Assembly: GCF_001194135.2 (NCBI RefSeq)
Contig: NC_068981.1
Location: forward strand, 29,626,279 to 29,690,152
DNA: 63,874 nucleotides
Direction: 5' to 3'
Origin: Octopus bimaculoides
Taxonomy: Eukaryota
Both the position numbers and the translations under genes were made by a program. A model generated the notes under the pieces. The model made no database searches. It worked only from the letters and a program-made list of their open reading frames with translations, and was not told where the DNA came from. This document shows positions 39,644 to 51,613 of the stretch, in pieces; the stretch's first letter is position 1; every line of letters starts with the position of its first letter.

Positions 39644-40983
39644 NNNNNNNNNNNNNNNNNNNNNNNNNNNNNNNNNNNNNNNNNNNNNNNNNNNNNNNNN
39701 NNNNNNNNNNNNNNNNNNNNNNNNNNNNNNNNNNNNNNNNNNNNNNNNNNNNNNNNNNNNNNNNNNNNNNNNNNNNNNNNNNNNNNNNNNNNNNNNNNNN
39801 NNNNNNNNNNNNNNNNNNNNNNNNNNNNNNNNNNNNNNNNNNNNNNNNNNNNNNNNNNNNNNNNNNNNNNNNNNNNNNNNNNNNNNNNNNNNNNNNNNNN
39901 NNNNNNNNNNNNNNNNNNNNNNNNNNNNNNNNNNNNNNNNNNNNNNNNNNNNNNNNNNNNNNNNNNNNNNNNNNNNNNNNNNNNNNNNNNNNNNNNNNNN
40001 NNNNNNNNNNNNNNNNNNNNNNATATTTATATACATATATTTATATATATACATACATATATATATATATATATACATATGTATATACATGCATACACAC
40101 ATATACATATATGTATGTATATTATATATTATATCTTATATATATTATTTTATATTATTTCTCATAGAAGGTATTTACACAACCAAATATTGCTAGATTC
40201 TGAAAACTTAGTATACTTATAGATATAGCCAACTTATCTTGAGATTCAGTTGTGTATCTCATGTACATTATTGACAAACGTAAGAATATATATAGAAATT
40301 ATGCTATAAAGGCATGTTCTATAATTTCAGTTCCGTATCTAACTCCGTGCAACCGCTTATATACAATATTATCTCAGCTATTTAAATTCTGTTTTACCAT
40401 TATTCGTATGAAAATGGGTTATTCTACAATTTTCAAACTAATGGCTCGGTAATGTCAGTCGGTAGGAAGACTTCAACTTATCAATGTCTAAGAGAGAGTC
40501 ATATATCTGTCTGTAAGCGTACATAGATCCGTACGAAGCTAAAGATGTTATCTTCTGTTTAAATTATTTGAGTTATTACTATAAAGAACCAGCTCGTTTC
40601 TAACAATGAAATTAGACTCGTTGCTTGAATTTGGATAGTAATTACGATGAGACCTACACAGTATATTGTAACTGCATAGTTTTACTGTTTGGATTACAGA
40701 TTGTATTTGTATAGTGCGTATTAGCTGAGGACTTTCTTCCTCTGACAAGTCCAACTTAGACTGTCACTTAGACATTTACTAACATAGCAAAGTACAGCAA
40801 AAGTTATCGGTTTAAATGTAAGTTTATAATATGTGTAATGGGGTTAAAGGTCTCAAAACTCCAGGCAGTGAATTATAATTTTAAGGAAAATGCTCGAATA
40901 TGCTGAACAGCTGCGCAAAGTGGCAGAACCATATCTCCTCTCCAAAACAATATGAAGTTTCTTTTGTTTTCACTCTCTCTGTT

Positions 40984-41383
40984 ACTCTCTCTTTTACTTG
41001 TTTCAGTCATTTGACTGTGGCCATGCTGAAACACCGCCTTTAGTCGAGCGAATCGACTCCAGGACTTATTCTTTGGAAGCCTAGTACTTATTCTATCGGT
41101 CTGTTTTGTCGAACCGCTAGGTTACGGGACGTAAACACACCAGCGTCGGTTGTCAAACGATGTTGGGGGGGACAAACAATGACACAGAAACGTATACACA
41201 CACATATATATATGCATGTATACGACGGGTTCTTTCAGTTTTCTGTCTACCAAATCCACTCACAAGACTTTGGTCGGCCGGAGACTATAGTAGCAGACAC
41301 TTGCTCAAGGTGCCACGCTGTGAGAATGAACCCAGAACCATGTGGATGGTAAGCAAGCTACTTACCACACAGCCACTCCTGCG
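40984..41383 (-). mobile_element. SINE family A, full-length
   Basis: Reverse complement of 30552-30963. Confidence 0.9.
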
Positions 41384-43379
41384 CGGAAGTTTTGTTGGGA
41401 ATCTTCCACCTGTAGATCCTTTTGTAGATCCATATGTATGTATTAAATAAAAGAGATATTTGCTATATTTATCCCTGAGTACTTTTTTTTTACCTTTGGA
41501 GATTCGTAACCTTTTCTTTCACTTCTTCAGGGTTTAATGCTTCGCAATATTTTTTGTTCAGATGATATTTGGTAGATTTCCCAAAAGCGAAAAAGAATCG
41601 TTCGAAACGTGACGTGTTCCAAAGGTCTCGAGAACTAGACAAATGACAAATGCTTTTAAAAGTTAATACCATACATAAACTTTTGGGATATGCATGATGT
41701 TTTTCTCCCAAGTTTGTAGAGATAAGCTAATCGTGCACATCCTGAGTCGTATGAGAGATTATTCAGAAAGTGAATACTTCTCGAGGAGTTCACTATAGAT
41801 GCTTAGAATATTGGACTATTCACTCTTGTATTCATGCTGATACTGTTTGAGTGATACAATGCAACATTGAAAGGTTGTCTACACTGATCTTAAGCACATT
41901 CCTCCTTTTTTTCTCCTTGGATAAAGTCTCTTAATATCACAAATTTTATGTGTGCTACGACATCATAAACTAGCTAGAAGGGGATAAACTCAATTCAGTC
42001 GAGATAAGCATTCATTCACCTACAAATGATGAAAAGCGTAAAACCGACCAAGGTAAGAAGTTTCACGATTTCTCTCAATAATGCAAAGGATTTTGTCAGG
42101 CAATCAACTCNNNNNNNNNNNNNNNNNNNNNNNNNNNNNNNNNNNNNNNNNNNNNNNNNNNNNNNNNNNNNNNNNNNNNNNNNNNNNNNNNNNNNNNNNN
42201 NNNNNNNNNNNNNNNNNNNNNNNNNNNNNNNNNNNNNNNNNNNNNNNNNNNNNNNNNNNNNNNNNNNNNNNNNNNNNNNNNNNNNNNNNNNNNNNNNNNN
42301 NNNNNNNNNNNNNNNNNNNNNNNNNNNNNNNNNNNNNNNNNNNNNNNNNNNNNNNNNNNNNNNNNNNNNNNNNNNNNNNNNNNNNNNNNNNNNNNNNNNN
42401 NNNNNNNNNNNNNNNNNNNNNNNNNNNNNNNNNNNNNNNNNNNNNNNNNNNNNNNNNNNNNNNNNNNNNNNNNNNNNNNNNNNNNNNNNNNNNNNNNNNN
42501 NNNNNNNNNNNNNNNNNNNNNNNNNNNNNNNNNNNNNNNNNNNNNNNNNNNNNNNNNNNNNNNNNNNNNNNNNNNNNNNNNNNNNNNNNNNNNNNNNNNN
42601 NNNNNNNNNNNNNNNNNNNNNNNNNNNNNNNNNNNNNNNACACGTGTATGTGCTTGTGTTATTTTTAGAAATTTTTTCATTGTTTGCAATCGGAAATAGA
42701 TAAATATAAAAGTTGTGTTATTTTCTAACCTAATCCTGTCAAGTTTCACAATTGCTTTGTTGTAGTCTAATACTTTTTTTTTACCATTCCTGTCAAAAAT
42801 GACAAGGACAAGACAACTAGGATATTCTGTTACGTAAACTGGATCATTAACTTAGCAGGAGACCTTCCATTTGGAGGTTAATTACAAACGTTTCTTTCCT
42901 TTCTAAATCACCTGGAAAAACAATGATCTGTTTTCACTATTTTGTTGTTTTACACTTCCTCGTTAATGTTTGCATGCGCATGGCTGATTTGTCAATGTAT
43001 GTGTATGGTGGTGTATGGTTGAATGTGCTTGTGGGCGTTCTTGTGTGAGTGTGTGTGTGTGTGTGGATGTGTGTGCGTATCTGTATTTTTGTGTCTATAT
43101 GTATCTGTGTGTGTATCTGTGTGTGTGTGTGCGCGCGCGCGCGTGTCACTTCTTGTATCATAATATAGAACGATAGCAAGCCTCTAATGAATCGATTACG
43201 TGATGCTGGTTCGTTCCGCAACGGCGCCGTTTAAGATACACATAGCATAACTAACAAACAGTTGTCACCTACTTCTTGCACCACTTTGACTCCCACTAAG
43301 CTAACATAGAAGGTTTTTGAGTTACGATGCCGACATTTTCTTTTTCAATGTGTCGTTCTCTTTTTTAAGCTGCCAGATG

Positions 43380-43575
43380 GGAAGGCGCGTGGCTTAGTGG
43401 TTAGGAGTATACGGCTTACGACCGTAAGGTCATGAGATTGATTCCCGATGGGCGAGTTGTATCCTTAAGCAAGAGACTTTAAATCGTGTTGCTCAATTCC
43501 ACTCAGCTGACAAAAATGAGTTGAACAAGTAATCCAAAAATTCGGGCTTTGTGCTTAGAGTAAAAAAGAATATTT
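43380..43575 (+). mobile_element. Chimeric SINE: family E-type head, family B-type tail
   Basis: GAAGGCGCGTGGCTTAGTGGTTAGG...GTTGTATCCTTAAGCAAGAGAC, followed by AAAATTCGGGCTTTGTGCTTAGAGTAAAAAAGAATATT. Confidence 0.55.
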
Positions 43576-43879
43576 AGTTGAAAGTAAAACTTAATTAATA
43601 CTAGCAGTGCACCCTGGCGTTGCCCAGATGTTATAAACTAAGGCCACGTATTTGTTCCTTTCTTATGGAAGAACGATGCTACTGTTTCCTTCTTCCAAAT
43701 TCAGTCACAAGTTTGTGGTTGACCTAGAGCTATGGTAGAAGACACTTGCCCAAGGTACTATGCAGAAGCACTGAACTTGGAACCATGTGGTTGGGAAGCA
43801 AACTTCTCAAGTACAAAGTCATTCTTTCACCTCATGTGTGTGCGTGCGTGCGTGTGCGTGTGTGTGTGTNNNNNNNNNN

Positions 43880-43922
<43 letters not shown>

Positions 43923-44114
43923 GTGTGTGTTTACATTTGTTGTTAAGTCAAGTATTGTGTCCTACTATGTCTCAAAGTTAGCAGTTCATCAAGCAGATTT
44001 CTATAAAATAAATGCCAGATTGAAATACATACTGAGGTCAGAATGAAGAATTAAATTTTTGAAGATGATACCCCATCACTGCCGCAGTCGAAAGACTAAA
44101 CCCAGTAAAATAAA

Positions 44115-44327
44115 CTTTTCTACTCTAGGAACAAGGCCCAAAATTTTGGGGGAGGGGGACAATCGATAAGATCGACCAAATACGCAGCTGGTACTTAATT
44201 TATTGACCCCAAAAGGATGAAAAGCACAGTTGACCTCGGTGGAATTTGAACTCAGAACGTAAAGACAGACGAAATACTGCTAAGCATTTCACCCAATATG
44301 CCAAGTTTTCTGCCAGCTCACCGCCTT
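44115..44327 (-). mobile_element. SINE family B, full-length
   Basis: Matches the other family B copies end to end. Confidence 0.88.
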
Positions 44328-45259
44328 CTAAACCTAGTAAAGTAATTTTTAAAAATCTATGACTTGAAATTTATTACTAACCACATGATAATTAGTTGAA
44401 AATTTCATATTGAACTTCCACCCTATACGATAACACTATATGTACATCTAAGTCTAGTTGACTTCTAACAATTAACAAATGTAATTTGAAGTTGAATGGT
44501 TAGCAGTGAGAATGATGTCCAGATTTCTTTTTAAATTATTGTGCAAAATATTCTTTTCTTTTCTACTCTAGGCACAAGGCATGATTTAGCATTATTGCTG
44601 GCCGAGATTCTGCGAATTTGGCATTCATGAGGAAGTAAGAAATTATAGGTAATTCATTTTTAATCTATATCCTGGTTGCAAATAGAAAGCTAAATATTAA
44701 AATGGAAAGGGAAGTTACGGATCGATTATAAAGCGCGGAAAATATAAACCTCGATTATTTTGAATTCAATCACCTAAAGGCTTTGTACTTTTTAAACAGA
44801 GACGAAAATAATGATGCACGCCTGCCCAATGTCTCAGATTATTTTTAAAATCTTACACTTTTTCTCATATACCCAAGATACAAAAATTAATAATTTGATT
44901 TCAAGGTTATCAATAGTCTTTAATTTTCTCATTTAAACACAAGGCCAGCAATTTCAAGGTGGGAGTATGTCGATCACATCGAGCCCAGTGCTCAACTGGT
45001 ATTTATATTATCGACCCTGAAAGAATGAAGGCAAAACAGACCCCGGTGGAAAGTGAACTCAGAACGTTAACACGGACGATACACTCCAAAGGATTTTGCT
45101 CGGCGTGCTAACGATTCTGCCAGTCCGCCTCTTTATTTCCCCGCTTAATATTAGGTTCCCAGTTTGACACAAGGCCAGTAATTTCGAGGCAGGGGTAAGT
45201 CGATTAGATCGACCACAGTACTCAACTGGTACTAATTTTCTCTCCACTTCTCTTTTCTT

Positions 45260-45296
<37 letters not shown>

Positions 45297-45303
45297 GTCT
45301 CTC

Positions 45304-45354
<51 letters not shown>

Positions 45355-45570
45355 CTATCTCTATCTATCTATCTGTCTGTCTATCTATCTATCTATCTTT
45401 CTATCTATCTATCTATCTATCTGGGAATTTCATTCTATTATATCCTTTCTCTTCGTTTCGTTAACAACCTGTCCCGTTTCTCTTTCTCATGTCTCGCTAA
45501 ACAACTCTTGTTTTGTTCTCTCTATATAACTATTTCTATCAGTTCGCACACACATACAAACACATACACA

Positions 45571-45855
45571 CATTCAAAGAGATTCGCGCGTACACACATG
45601 CATGACTCAGACAGATACACACTTGCAAGCGCAAAATCCAAACACGTACACACACACACACACACACATTCAAATAGATTCGCGCGTACACACATGCACA
45701 CGCTCAAACAGATACACACTTTCAAACTGAAAATCCAAACACATACACACACGCACACACACATACATTCAATGAGATTCGTGCGTACACGCATGCACAC
45801 ACTCAAACTGATACACACTTTGCAAACACAAAATCTTAACACACACAAACATTCG
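45571..45855. repeat. Three tandem copies of a 96-99 bp CA-rich unit
   Basis: CATTCAA..GAGATTCG(C/T)GCGTACAC.CATGCA...GATACACACTT...AAAATC recurs at 45571, 45667 and 45766. Confidence 0.9.
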
Positions 45856-46537
45856 TACAACTATAACAGTTACTAGAATGCATGATGCCTTGTATAAATT
45901 TTGTGAAGACTCGCTATCACGTTTTGTACTTTGTGTACTTTGAATAATTTATGTTATACATTCGTCAGTGAATATGATACGCAGCTCAACATTTTGTAAC
46001 CAAAAGAAAAGAAAACAGACTAAGATAGTTGTGTGATGATGGAATTCTATTTGACAACCCTAATACTTAAGTGGAACTGGAAGAATGATCTTGTTAACAT
46101 ATCACCAATGTCAGAATGTGCTTCGCAAAGCATGTACTATGCATTCTCTAGCTAACCATTTGCAGCAAGGAAGCCTGTGCTAGGTCGCTCAATATGCTTC
46201 AAATAACAACTGATTTTCCGCAAATCATATTTTATAGGCTTAGAAAACAACACATTGGAAAATGTAATCCTGAGTTCTTTGGACCATGGAAAAAAGATAA
46301 GATGGTCATGAAATTACTTTTTACGCATTCCGATGCATGTTTACCATGGGACTAACATTTCCTGTATCGCTGATTTTGTATTCAGGCTTTCTCATCCTTG
46401 TTCAAGGAACTTATGAAAAAAATCTAAGAATTGATTCTAGATTTGCTGAGTGCATTAAGTATAATGCTATAATTATTGGTAGAGACGTAAAAACGAAGAA
46501 CAAAATGTCTTGCATTTCCCTGGTTCTCTCTGCTCAG

Positions 46538-46808
46538 GGTTCAAATATCAACGACGTTCAGTATCGTCATGTTCAAATACCGGGGAGGTCATATTTCATC
46601 GTGGTCAAATGTTATTGAGGCCAAATGCCGTAATCAGATGCAGTCGAATTCAAATATCGTCGAGGTCGAATAACATTGCCGTCAAATATCGTCATGGTAA
46701 AATACAGTCATGGTCAAATATTGCCTAGGTCAAACCTCGTCGAGGGCCAAGTATCATCGAGATCAATTATTGTCATGGTCAAATACAGACGATATCAAAT
46801 ATCGTGGT
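46538..46808. repeat. Degenerate 16-bp-period minisatellite, about 17 units, core GGTCAAATA
   Basis: Units such as TGGTCAAATATTGCCT, AGGTCAAACCTCGTCG, CCGTCAAATATCGTCA and TGGTCAAATACAGACG. Confidence 0.85.
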
Positions 46809-47826
46809 TGAGTTTCATAAGTTCGGGATCGATAAAATTAAGTGCCAGTCCAAGACATTGAATTGACTAGATTGCCAGAACATCGCACAAAATACCTTGT
46901 GGTGTTTGTTCCATCCTTTGTAATTTGAACTCTTTGGTAGTAGTAAGTTTAATCTACGTGATATCGATATTTGCTCTGGTTGTTTACGTTCTGATGCTTG
47001 GTCGCCTTTAATGAAGCTCTGTGTTGCTGGCATTCTGGCCACAATTCAGGTTTCAAGATAATTTCTACCATTCTTTCTACCAGTTTCAGAGGCCAGGAAG
47101 AAACTATCATGGAACTACGCTTCCTTCTCTAACTGTGTCGTAAAGAAAATTATTGTACTTCAATTACTGGCTAATGTTTATATATATACCATAAATAAAC
47201 TACAGAGTCCTCCAGTAACATAAAATGCCAAATTTAATGAATGACAATAAGACGACATATGCACACACACACACACACACACATCACAAAGACAACACAC
47301 ACATACAGATAAATATATACGTTCTTGATCCTACATTATTAACGCTCTTCTTTTGGGGTTTAGTGTATACTTGACGTTTAGTTCCACTCGAATGCAAATT
47401 TGTTCAATACACAAATGCTCAATGCAAAAACAAAAACTATGTTTGAATTGATACGGAAGGTACAACTTGCAGATGATGGTACATACAGATTACACTCTTC
47501 TGAAGGAATATAAGAGCTCTTTAATACTTTCTTTGAAAACTTGCAAAGTTTTTGATCTTTCCCTTTCGTATCATAAAACTAGACGTGCTCATAAGCATTG
47601 TCTAAAAGCTTCTCAAGGTCCGTCGCAAAATCCATAAGGACCCTACCAAGATTTTCATTTCATTTTACTACCACGATCCTACGATATTCTCAAATGCCAG
47701 AATTGAGAGATTACTTGCTATGCGCTTTGAAAGCAGCAACTCCTTTCAGAAATTTCGTTAGCTTGCTTGGAAAAATCGTAATGTTAAAATAATACTAAGT
47801 TATCTCATTATTATTTAATTGATGTG

Positions 47827-48037
47827 AGGGCAACGAGCTGGCAGAATCGTTAGCACGCTGGACAAAAACTTGGTGGTATTTCGTCCGTCATTAGGGTCTG
47901 AGTTCAAATTCCGCCAAGGTCGACTTTGCCTTTCAACCTTTCGGCGTCGATTAAATAAGTACCAGATACGCACTGGGGTCTATGTAACCGACTTAATCCT
48001 CTCCCACAAGCTGCTCTTGTGGCAAAAATTTGAAATC
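47827..48037 (+). mobile_element. SINE family B
   Basis: GAGCTGGCAGAATCGTTAGCACGC head, GAGTTCAAATTCCGCC B-box and central domain. Confidence 0.85.
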
Positions 48038-48442
48038 GCTTTTGTATTGATGTTTACCGTAGACTTTACGTAGGAATTCTCTAGGTGTGTTTGGCATTAG
48101 AAGTTTGCACTTCTAATGTAAAATCTCATTGAATGACACGACACTGTATTGTGATACCCACGAAATGTATAAGAAACTCTGAAAAAGGTAGTAACTGTTG
48201 ACCACTATCCTCCCTCACAGACTGCATCTTCTGCAATGTGCCATGGTCACGTGATCTTGTAATTAGCTTATAGCTGATTTGTCTATATATCATAAATGGA
48301 TGACGGACAAAGTTGTCCATGACAGGATTTGAACACAAATTAAAGAACTGTAAATTAATACTGCAAACTGTTTTGTATTCTCCAGACTACCGACAATGCT
48401 GCAAAACCGTCGACCTAACCTGAATATAACATTACATGCGTT

Positions 48443-48477
<35 letters not shown>

Positions 48478-49150
48478 GTGTGTGACTGTGTATTTACTTC
48501 AGTGTTATACACACCTTATTCTCATTCATATAAATATATGTGAGTCACTATGTATGTAAGAACGTATGTGCCTACAATGATAAGAATTACAGAACATCGA
48601 TGCACATATGCTAAATATTTTCCGCTTACAACAGTAAGAAAACATCCATAACATGAACTGATTTAAAAACAAATGGTCTCCTAAATAGTAATATAACGAG
48701 TAGCAGGAACTAATTAATCTCATATTTTGTCACTTGTCTTCTGTTTGTCTTCCTGCATCTCTGATAGATTATGTCCCTGCCGACATTATCATTGTAAAGA
48801 GGTATATCATTAAGTAAGGTTCCGGTTTTAACGCATCTCTACGAAATATTGCGAAACATTAGGCAATATTGCTACATAAACATATACAAAAAGCGTTCAG
48901 AAAATAGGTTTGAAACTAGATAGTTCCGTACTCGATCTACTAGCGCTGTGTGTTGTTGAAGTGTCTTCTGTTATAGTATGGTTTGGGATTGAGTTATTTT
49001 AGAATTTTGTTGCTGGAAAATATAAATGTGTAGAAACACAGTTTTATCATACATCCATAAATACACACAGACACACACACACACAAACACAGATAAGTAT
49101 GTTTAGACTTTATGTATGTAACCATACACAGACACGCGCGCGCGCGCGCG

Positions 49151-49253
49151 TATCGATGTTTTCTATCTAGTTTGGATTCTTTGCCATCAAATTTGATTGC
49201 AAGGAATTCAAATTTGATGGCAAAGAATCCAAACTAGATCGAAAACATCTATA
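49151..49253. repeat. Near-perfect inverted repeat, 42-bp arms with an 11-nt spacer
   Basis: 49155-49196 versus 49208-49249, one mismatch. Confidence 0.95.
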
Positions 49254-49323
49254 TATGTGTGTGTGTGTGTGTATATACCTTTATGTGTGCATATATATAT
49301 ATGTGTGTATGTGTGTGTATGTG

Positions 49324-49600
49324 TACGAGGTTAAGTTCACAAACTTGCTTATTTCATCGGAGAAGAAGGGTTTTGGCTGCTCGCACAGCCATTTATGCAT
49401 CACTTCCTGCGCCTTTTCGTTTGTAGCAAATCGAGGATCTTGTGAATGACGTTTGAGCAGTTCAAAGAGCTGATAGTTGAAAGGGACGAGATCCAGACTG
49501 AATGCATACTATTGCAGCAATTCGATGTCCAATTTTTCAATGCTTTCATCTGTGAACATGGCCGTACATGGGTGTTCATTACCGTGCAACCATAATAGTG
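49324..49600 (-). pseudogene. mariner transposase C-terminal relic
   Basis: Minus strand LHGNEHPCTA...LQ*YAFSLDLVPFNYQLFELLK...EVMHKWLCEQPKPFFSDEISKFV is a degenerate HDNARPH / YSPDLAPSDF region. It ends at a mariner-type TACGAGG terminus. Confidence 0.75.
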
Positions 49601-50602
49601 TCTTTGCCAATAGACCTCAGCGTTTAGTGCATTTCAGTTATTATTATAGAGATGTTATATATGTGTATGCTCACAAATGTCTCTGAGCGATTCGCGACTT
49701 GGAATACAAGGCTGTAGACCAGCCTTTACCAAGTAGACACATAGTTAAAGACACACCAGCTGTTTCCAACACGTTTTTGTCTTATACATTACGTAATTAG
49801 AACTGTGTTGCCCAACGTTCTAACCGTCCTTGAAGGAAATAGGTGTCATTCCAGCGAGATTTGTCTATTCCCACTAATTAAGAGAAACTACATAAAAAAA
49901 TTTATCTGGTTGCTTTCCTATTTTCTGTCTTCTGTTAGTCTGTTGTTGTTTACTCCTACGTCAGTCCTGATTTAAAATACCCCTTTTAAATAGAGGAATA
50001 TGTGATTTGAGGAAAAGTTGACTGCCCTTTTCACCAACCAGCTCGTGTGTCCATACATAGTTCCTTTATTGCTGTCTCTAGAAATATTTCTTTAAAATGG
50101 TAAATTGTTTTAGAATAGAAATACACTAAAGAAATCGAAAGCATTTTGGATTATCTGTCATATATCTTGCAATTTTTAAGTCTACCATATTTTGCGAATG
50201 GCATAAATATTATAAATTTCAATTTTAGAATTCTTCAATAACTTTTGTTTTTTGTTTTCTCTTATTTTTGTTTTTAGCCAAGGATATCCTTGTGTAAACC
50301 TAGAATTCTAGTCATATGTATTCAATCACCTTTTCGAACGATATTTTCACTTGTATCATCTAAATTGCGTTCTTCCATTTTTAAGACGGTAGAATGTGGT
50401 TGAAAGGAAATATAGTCCCTTTTACTTGTAGGTCGAGCAACCACGTAACGGCTACCTTGTTGGTTTGTTATTGTCACTGAACGATAATTAAATGTAACAA
50501 TATTTAGTATATTATCCACCTCTTCTAAACAAATTTAAGACGATAGGGCGTAGTTTGAAAAGATTTTGTTGCTATTTCTAGCAGATACCACGACTGAGTA
50601 TT

Positions 50603-50811
50603 CTTTTCTACTCTAGGCACAAGACCCGTAATTTTAGGGGAGGGGGACAGGTGATTGACCCCAGTACGCAACTGGTATTTAATTTATCTACCCCGAAAGG
50701 ATGAAAGGCAAAGTTGACCTGGGCGGAATTTGAACTCAGAACGTAAAGACAGACGAAATACCGCTATGCATTTCGCCCGGCGTGCTAACATTTCTACCAG
50801 CTCACCGCCTG
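50603..50811 (-). mobile_element. SINE family B, full-length with 16-bp TSD
   Basis: ACCACGACTGAGTATT (50587-50602) and ACCACGATTAAGTATT (50812-50827). Confidence 0.9.
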
Positions 50812-51349
50812 ACCACGATTAAGTATTGGCTCACATATTAATTCTTCTGCAGTAAATCCTCAAGATTTTCTGATTTCCTCTCTCTATTATATAAAACTTA
50901 ATATAAATTTTCGATTTTTCCCTAAATACGTTTTACCGCTGCAAACTACTGTGTTCTTCGGGATATGATTTTTATTTATATAATGTAGATATTAAATATC
51001 AACGAGTCAACTTTGGAACAAGATCAGGAAACGTTCCCATTTAATGTTTACATTAATACAATGGAGAAATGAATTGATGTAACAACTCACAAACTATTCT
51101 TACTTCGACTTCAAAAATAAATAACTCCTTTGTCGTGTCAGTGAAATAAGTGATCTGAACAGAAGAGGTTATCTTGTGAGTTACAGGTCCCTAATACTAA
51201 CGACGAAGAATTTAGAAGGTGGTATGTTCATACCTTTCCAAACGTCAACAATCGAAAGAACTTCATACACAGAGATCGACCAAAGTTAAATTCGCAGTCT
51301 GCTACTACTGCTGTTGCTACTGCTGCTACTGCTACTGCTACTGCTACTG

Positions 51350-51412
<63 letters not shown>

Positions 51413-51550
51413 GAATAGATCAAATATGTAGGCATTCGATATGCGAAAAATAGCAGTGGAATCTACTTCATATCGTTTTAAAAAGACATGAAATAATAAA
51501 TACTCCTATAAAGTCAAACTGGTCACAGATGGCATGACCGGGGCTAAACA

Positions 51551-51613
<63 letters not shown>

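Noticed and set aside
40250-40760. Possible LINE APE remnant (EDFNL at about 40467)
   Set aside because: It is a single short motif with no second supporting motif in frame.
46538-46808. CRISPR interpretation of the 16-bp array
   Set aside because: The context is eukaryotic, there are no unique 25-45 nt spacers, and there are no cas genes.
48769-48802. 34-nt micro-exon-like DYVPADIIIVK reminiscent of a P-type ATPase motif
   Set aside because: It is too short, and no other ATPase exon was found in the window.
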